DNA of 64,000 nucleotides, taken from IMG/VR virus record IMGVR_UViG_3300010347_003641; one strand, 5' to 3'. Positions 59,501 to 64,000 of this stretch are shown piece after piece. Origin of the DNA: an uncultured virus (IMG/VR IMGVR_UViG_3300010347_003641) (taxonomy: Duplodnaviria; Heunggongvirae; Uroviricota; Caudoviricetes). Both the position numbers and the translations under genes were made by a program. Within the stretch, counting starts at the first letter, position 1. The number at the start of each line of letters is the position of its first letter. Below the pieces are notes generated by a model. That model made no database searches, had not been told where the DNA came from, and was given only the letters and a program-made list of their open reading frames with translations.

Positions 59501-61302
59501 TTACAAGTGGCAAGATTACCAATTGGGACGCAGCTTACACACACTCTCAGGCAACACATGCCCGTACAGACGCAACGCTCGTTCAATCGTCGGCAACAAA
59601 CGGAAATATAAAGATAAACGGCGCAGAGACAACCGTTTATACACACCCGAGCGGAGCCGGGAACAACCACATTCCCAGCGGCGGAGCTGCGAACCAGTTC
59701 CTACAATACAGCGCGTCTGGTGTTGCTGTCTGGAGTTCAGTAGATTGGTCCGAACTCTCCGGCAAACCTTCGACATTCGCCCCGTCAACTCATACGCATG
59801 CAATAGCTGACACAACAGGACTCCAGGACGCGTTGAACACGAAATCCGACGTACACACGCACCCGTACCTGTCCAGTTCCGGCGGCACTATAACAGGAGA
59901 CCTGCAATTAGACGCAGCCAACAACGACAGATATATAGTCTTCAACTATACAGGGAGCGCTGGATTCAGTTGGCGGCTTGGATACATAGGAACTGGAAGT
60001 GGCGACGCAAATTACTTCGCTATAGACACCAGCGGCGAAGACGGTACGTGGGCCAGGGCGTTGGAAATAGGACTTACGTCAAAAAAGACGGACTTCAAAA
60101 CTACCCCCTCCGTAAACGGAACACTTTTGTCTCTCTCAAACCACACGCATTCGGCCGTCACAACGTCTGTAGCAGGATTCATGAGCGCGGCCGACAAGAC
60201 AAAACTCGACGGAATAGCCACGAACGCGAATAATTATTCGCACCCAACGGGCGACGGGAATTTGCACGTGCCGGCAACTTCTACTACAAACAACCTCAAG
60301 GTGCTTAAAGCCGGAGCGACTGCCGGCTCAATAGCGTGGAGCGATGTAGATTGGGCCGAATTAACCGGAAAACCTTCGACCTTCGCTCCTTCGGCGCACA
60401 CGCACACGAAGTCTCAAATAACCGATTGGTCGCACGAGCATGCGATAAACATAGGGAACGGCGCGGCCACACAGATATCCCTGAATACAGGCAGTCGGTT
60501 GGATATCGTCGCGGGAACAGATATATCCATAGCCTACGACGACGCAAATGACAAGGTAACGATATCGAGCTCTTATTCTCACCCTAGTGGTGCCGGATAC
60601 AACCATATTCCTAGCGGTGGAGCGGCCAATCAGTTCCTTCAATACAGTTCATCAGGAGTCGCCGTCTGGAGTTCCGTCGATTGGTCTGAACTTTCCGGTA
60701 AACCTTCGACTTTCGCTCCTGCGACTCACTCTCACGCGATAGCAGATACTACGGGTCTTCAGGCTGCTCTGGACGGAAAAGCGCCAACACACACACACCC
60801 GTACCTTTCTGATTCGCATGCAGCCAGCGGAGTTACGACCGGAAAAATCACCAATTGGGACACAGCTTACACCCATTCTCAAGCTTCGCATGCGTACCTG
60901 CCTCTTGCCGGAGGCACGATGGCTTCGAATGCCGTGATTGTGTTCCCCTCCGAGCAGAGGCAGAAGATAACCCTGTACGCAGCTAACAGTTGGCACACGA
61001 TAGGTACGGAAGCGTATCACATAGCGTACGGCGGATACCACAACGCGGCGGGATCTCACGAAGGTCATAAGTTTTACACGGCGCCTTCGAACCTTGCAGC
61101 TCAAATAGGGTCTGGAACGTCGAATTCAGCATCAGGATACACCAACTCGAAGAACTCGAAATTCTTCGGCACAGTCGATTTTGCGGAGAGCACTAACACA
61201 GTTGGAGACGCCAACATAGGCGGCAAAGCGACGATAGCCTCGAAATTTGCGATAGAGTACAACGAGGATATGAACGCCCTCGACTTCAATTACATAGGTT
61301 GA
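56530..61302 (+). CDS. Tail fibre with HxH motifs and internal repeats (1590 aa)
   Basis: YLPLAGGT, WHTGN/WHSGN, GLQTALDGKA, GKPSTFAPSxHxH and DKTKLDGIA motifs. Confidence 0.85.
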   Translation: MTPIRLVDGQELQAFSQGNGRVAILKTLEDRFVIKFGSTVGSAIEVFSVSNSANDVVLASGVDLLFDGAAATIGGNIPSSITLGKAGDTINLNAAGVTYNFPTSGTPYLMLTGGVLTGNLVLDKAELHFNSASADAQTEVALKVDGEDFVIFEPEESNREWLRIKDTGESDPTNAMKLFGWNVWHTGNLTPSNYLPLAGGTLSGSLNMNNNTLQLSADDYILAGNASYSQAGIWISSGQDIAFNINSNGAGADSFQVFEGSTPTSLFQIRTDLFKYKTYDIWHSGNFNPASKSDVHSHPYMPDTHDASAVTSAKITSWDAAYAHSQASHARTDATLVQSSLTNGNIKINGTETTVYTHPTDAGNKHIPAAGASGNFLKYSSAGTATWSTPAIADITGLQTALDGKAPTHTHPYLADSHAASGVTTGKIANWDTAYTHSQATHARTDATLTQSSSTNGNIKINGTEITVYTHPSTDGNKHIPSGGSAGQFVKYSSAGTGAWATPAIADISGLQTALDGKAASSHNHSAADINAGVLPASYGGTGLTSIATLLNTNNTLDTVLANGNTSSNTMVVGRYLQQATGVPTENIGSPSLAEMALFQQQFDNKTWFYPTDMFTFEYTNDGTTWINANVPASEIKKFVSGYYSATINIPNGCQKYRIQIYNKNTYVYVNALYIYASAAGHSTKIKIRKRDVISQAWSYHTNSESTVGGWPAHWYLPFAGIPWSRSASTGMCDYVEIEFTPVWNATYPSNVITLYNLDLWGGYPAGTRSLFAWDGDRNATFPAQLKASELYEGANRVYSPNNTNIGTGATNYAAGNDSRFHSNANDPTSDQKAALAGTSGTPSSTNKYVTNGDSRLSNSRTPTAHKSTHASGGSDQLTPADIGAAPAHTHPYLSSSGGTVSGDLTITGNLTISGTSTTINTETINLADNIIVLNSNFAGTPSENAGMEIERGTSANVVLRWNETADIWEVTKDGTNYYTILDSSHAANGVTSGKITNWDAAYTHSQATHARTDATLVQSSATNGNIKINGAETTVYTHPSGAGNNHIPSGGAANQFLQYSASGVAVWSSVDWSELSGKPSTFAPSTHTHAIADTTGLQDALNTKSDVHTHPYLSSSGGTITGDLQLDAANNDRYIVFNYTGSAGFSWRLGYIGTGSGDANYFAIDTSGEDGTWARALEIGLTSKKTDFKTTPSVNGTLLSLSNHTHSAVTTSVAGFMSAADKTKLDGIATNANNYSHPTGDGNLHVPATSTTNNLKVLKAGATAGSIAWSDVDWAELTGKPSTFAPSAHTHTKSQITDWSHEHAINIGNGAATQISLNTGSRLDIVAGTDISIAYDDANDKVTISSSYSHPSGAGYNHIPSGGAANQFLQYSSSGVAVWSSVDWSELSGKPSTFAPATHSHAIADTTGLQAALDGKAPTHTHPYLSDSHAASGVTTGKITNWDTAYTHSQASHAYLPLAGGTMASNAVIVFPSEQRQKITLYAANSWHTIGTEAYHIAYGGYHNAAGSHEGHKFYTAPSNLAAQIGSGTSNSASGYTNSKNSKFFGTVDFAESTNTVGDANIGGKATIASKFAIEYNEDMNALDFNYIG
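57410..60900 (+). repeat. Dispersed peptide repeats in the 1590-aa fibre
   Basis: DxH..SGVT.GKI..WD.AY.HSQA.HA four times (near 57435, 57775, 59475, 60810); NGNIKINGxE.TVYTHP three times; GKPSTFAP three times. Confidence 0.85.
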
Positions 61303-61306
61303 TAAC

Positions 61307-64000
61307 ATGAGTCTAATCGCTTGGTACAAACTCGACGGCAACGCCAACGACAGTTCTGGAAACAACAGGCATTTAAGTACGATATCTGCGACATACAGCG
61401 CCGCCGGCAAGATAAACGGCGCATATTCTTTCGCTTCCGGCAACAGAATCTATTCGTCAACCGGCATGGACTTCCCTGCGATCGTCTCGGTGTCGGCGTG
61501 GGGGTATTCGACGTCTTTCGACAACAACCCTATGCTTTTCTCGTTCAATTCGCCTTCGTTCGCCGGACCGGATCTTTTCTTTTCAACCGCCTCTTCCACG
61601 ATATGCTGGAACGTCGGGGACAGCGCCACATCTGCCTTTAAGATCAGCGGAACGAACGTCTCGTTTCCAAGCGTCAACGAATGGCATCATTACGTCGTAC
61701 TCAACGACGGATTCAGGAACAAGGCATATCTGTATATCGACGGAGTCTATAGCGGCGAGACTACTTACAGAAACACCACTCAGGCCAATAGGGGCTTTAC
61801 CATAGGTAATTACCACCCTGCTTCCTCTTCGTATGCCTGGCGAGGTATGATAGACGACTTCAGGATATACGACCACATATTGTCCGAACGGGAGATAAAA
61901 GAGCTTGCGAAGGCGAAGGTTCTTCATTATTCGTTCGACGACTTTCAAAGGCCGACTGTTAATCTAATAACCAATCCCACCAGAGAGGTAGTTGGGACGT
62001 ACGAATTCGTGCAATACATAGATCTTGCACCAATTTTCGACACTTACGGCACCGACAAGCCGTATTCTCTCTCCCTCGACATGAAATCCGCCGACACGTC
62101 CAATACTATTAACGTTCTTGTTTATATGCAAAACGGCTCTAACACCAGATACACGTTTGTGAACACGTATGTAGGAGTTTCCGAGTATTATAGCCGATAC
62201 GAGTTCTCGGATTTGACTCCGGTCCTTGCCAATCCTGGCGTTACTCAAGCTATGCTGGCATTCTACGGAACGTACGGTACAGGGAATTACCCTTCGATAA
62301 AGAACGTTCAACTGGAGATGACAAGATACTGCACTCCGTTCGTTGACGGTTCGCGGCCCGGAATCGTTAAAGACCAGTCGGGATTCTCTAACGATGCAGA
62401 GCTTGAAGCCGCTTCTTCTCCGGAGCACACTACGTTCAGCGCCATCGGGAGCGGTGCGTACTACTTCTCCGGGGATGCTCACATACATCTGGCGCAATCG
62501 CCGATTGCGGATCTGAACGGCGATTTTTCGGTTAGCGTGTGGATACGAGCTACCGATGTTTCGACAGACAACACGTGGCAAAGACGTATATTGGGGATAA
62601 ACGGTTCGAGCGCCGGCAAGTTCGACCTCTCGATGTTCGAAAGCGGCGGCATAGCTATACGCATAAACGAAACGCCATATACCACTCCTGCCGTATCGCT
62701 GCTTTACGACTGGCATCACATCGTATTCACAAAATACGGAACTACCTACAAGGTTTATATAGACGGGCAGGAACAGACGTTGACGAACACGGGGCTTGGG
62801 TCACATTCAACATATCCCGGGGTGCTGATCGGAAGAGCTTATTATTCTTCCATATTCCGCGGCGGTTTCATCGGATTGATAGACGACGTGAGAATATATT
62901 CGACTGCGCTTTCCACGAGCGACGTGTTTACGCTTTATCGCACGCGTGCTTCGCTTAACGCAAACGGTCTTTTGCTCACGCACGAATTGAACGAAGAACG
63001 CTTCAACAGATGCCCGCCCTTCGAAGACTGGACCATGTACGGAAATGCGCATGTAGAAAACGGCGAGCTTGTGATCCCCGACTATTCCTCTTATGCCATA
63101 TCGCCGTACATGTACATCGGTCAAGACACCAACTGGTATTGGGGCGCCGAATGGTTTGCTACACAGCAGAGCAACTATGCGTCTTATCAGCCGAACGCCG
63201 GTTTTCTAATGGGTTCGTCGTACTACAATAGCGATTTCGTACTTACTCCGAATACGGCCGATTACACCGGGAACGGTCATGCGAACAGTTATCCGGTGAA
63301 CCAATGGACAGCAAAATACTGGAGCGGCAACGGCGGCAACGATGTGCAATACTTAAAACTCCAGATATCCGGCAGCTCCACATATGCGCAGGCCTCGGGG
63401 TTCAGAGTCAGAAGACCAACCGTTTCTATCGTATCTTACACCGACGACGAATACATACCGTTCTCGAACAATATTCTCGATTACTATTATTCCACAAACC
63501 AGCAATTACGGTCATCTGGTATATTAAACGCGCAAAGCTTTTCGGAAACAGGTGTAACTGACGGTCTGATCGGTTGGTGGCCTTTCGACGGGAACGCGAA
63601 CGATCTCTCGTTTTCGAAAAACGACGGAACAGTAAGCGGCGCATCGGTGGCCGTCGGAACGTTCGGCAAGTGTTATTCCTTTGATGGGACAGACGATTAT
63701 ATACAGATAAACAGCGTGAACGTAGAAACCGTCAACGCGATAATCGACCTCAACAATGTCTCGGCCGTGCAATACTTTTTCGGAAGCGCTACAGCGAGCA
63801 GAGGCATAAGGTACAACGGAGAAACGTTTTTGGTGTTCGGTGAAACGGCGGGAAGCTCCGCGATTCCGTGGACGAAAGTCGCCGGATTTGTCATGTTCAC
63901 CGCCGCAAGGAGCGGTTCCGACTGGAAACTGTACATAAACGGAAGCTTGATAGGCACGGCGACAGGGGCAGGCGCGTTGAGCATAAACAGGATCGGTAGA
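61307..64000 (+). CDS. Multi-LamG (ConA-like) receptor-binding protein, 3'-truncated
   Basis: I translated 898 codons with no stop: MSLIAWYKLDGNANDSSGN...WHHYV...LYIDG...GMIDDFRIYD; second domain WHHIVF...GLIDDVRIYSTAL; third GLIGWWPFDGNAND. Absent from the track because it has no stop in the window. Confidence 0.9.
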   Translation, partial: MSLIAWYKLDGNANDSSGNNRHLSTISATYSAAGKINGAYSFASGNRIYSSTGMDFPAIVSVSAWGYSTSFDNNPMLFSFNSPSFAGPDLFFSTASSTICWNVGDSATSAFKISGTNVSFPSVNEWHHYVVLNDGFRNKAYLYIDGVYSGETTYRNTTQANRGFTIGNYHPASSSYAWRGMIDDFRIYDHILSEREIKELAKAKVLHYSFDDFQRPTVNLITNPTREVVGTYEFVQYIDLAPIFDTYGTDKPYSLSLDMKSADTSNTINVLVYMQNGSNTRYTFVNTYVGVSEYYSRYEFSDLTPVLANPGVTQAMLAFYGTYGTGNYPSIKNVQLEMTRYCTPFVDGSRPGIVKDQSGFSNDAELEAASSPEHTTFSAIGSGAYYFSGDAHIHLAQSPIADLNGDFSVSVWIRATDVSTDNTWQRRILGINGSSAGKFDLSMFESGGIAIRINETPYTTPAVSLLYDWHHIVFTKYGTTYKVYIDGQEQTLTNTGLGSHSTYPGVLIGRAYYSSIFRGGFIGLIDDVRIYSTALSTSDVFTLYRTRASLNANGLLLTHELNEERFNRCPPFEDWTMYGNAHVENGELVIPDYSSYAISPYMYIGQDTNWYWGAEWFATQQSNYASYQPNAGFLMGSSYYNSDFVLTPNTADYTGNGHANSYPVNQWTAKYWSGNGGNDVQYLKLQISGSSTYAQASGFRVRRPTVSIVSYTDDEYIPFSNNILDYYYSTNQQLRSSGILNAQSFSETGVTDGLIGWWPFDGNANDLSFSKNDGTVSGASVAVGTFGKCYSFDGTDDYIQINSVNVETVNAIIDLNNVSAVQYFFGSATASRGIRYNGETFLVFGETAGSSAIPWTKVAGFVMFTAARSGSDWKLYINGSLIGTATGAGALSINRIGR

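Noticed and set aside
100..63984. Numerous minus-strand and alternate-frame ORFs in the track (for example 35115-36086, 37555-38559, 50676-51281, 61964-62719)
   Set aside because: They lie wholly or mostly over long motif-bearing plus-strand genes and have shadow-like composition.
56530..64000. Diversity-generating retroelement acting on fibre genes
   Set aside because: No reverse transcriptase in the window; the repeat copies I compared differ mainly at synonymous positions, not specifically at adenines. A template elsewhere in the genome cannot be excluded.
1..64000. Stop-codon reassignment
   Set aside because: The standard code already gives near-complete coding density, and readthrough of TAG at 40764 hits TGA two sense codons later.

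Overview
The window is the virion-morphogenesis (late) region of a large contractile-tailed phage. It is nearly all plus strand, densely coding, and reads in the standard genetic code. Gene order: the 3' end of a probable tape-measure gene; a 2.7-kaa baseplate hub-like protein carrying one intact and one degenerate staphylococcal-nuclease domain; spike-like, gp25/XkdS-like and baseplate-J genes; a 6201-aa modular tail fibre; Ig/LamG fibre genes; a BppU-like adaptor; a MerR-type HTH plus HU-like pair; further structural genes; a holin-like gene; PIN-PhoH; an XRE HTH; a G8/beta-helix spike; a His-repeat fibre; and a 3'-truncated LamG gene missing from the ORF track. Best leads: (1) three Ig-repeat genes whose terminal Ig domains look split across gene boundaries, suggesting a pilus-like fibre built by strand complementation; (2) the nuclease-armed hub; (3) a recurring intergenic motif GTTATTYCTT that looks like a phage late promoter. 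I saw no tRNA, rRNA, CRISPR array, integrase or reverse transcriptase. All family assignments are by-eye motif recognition, not database searches.
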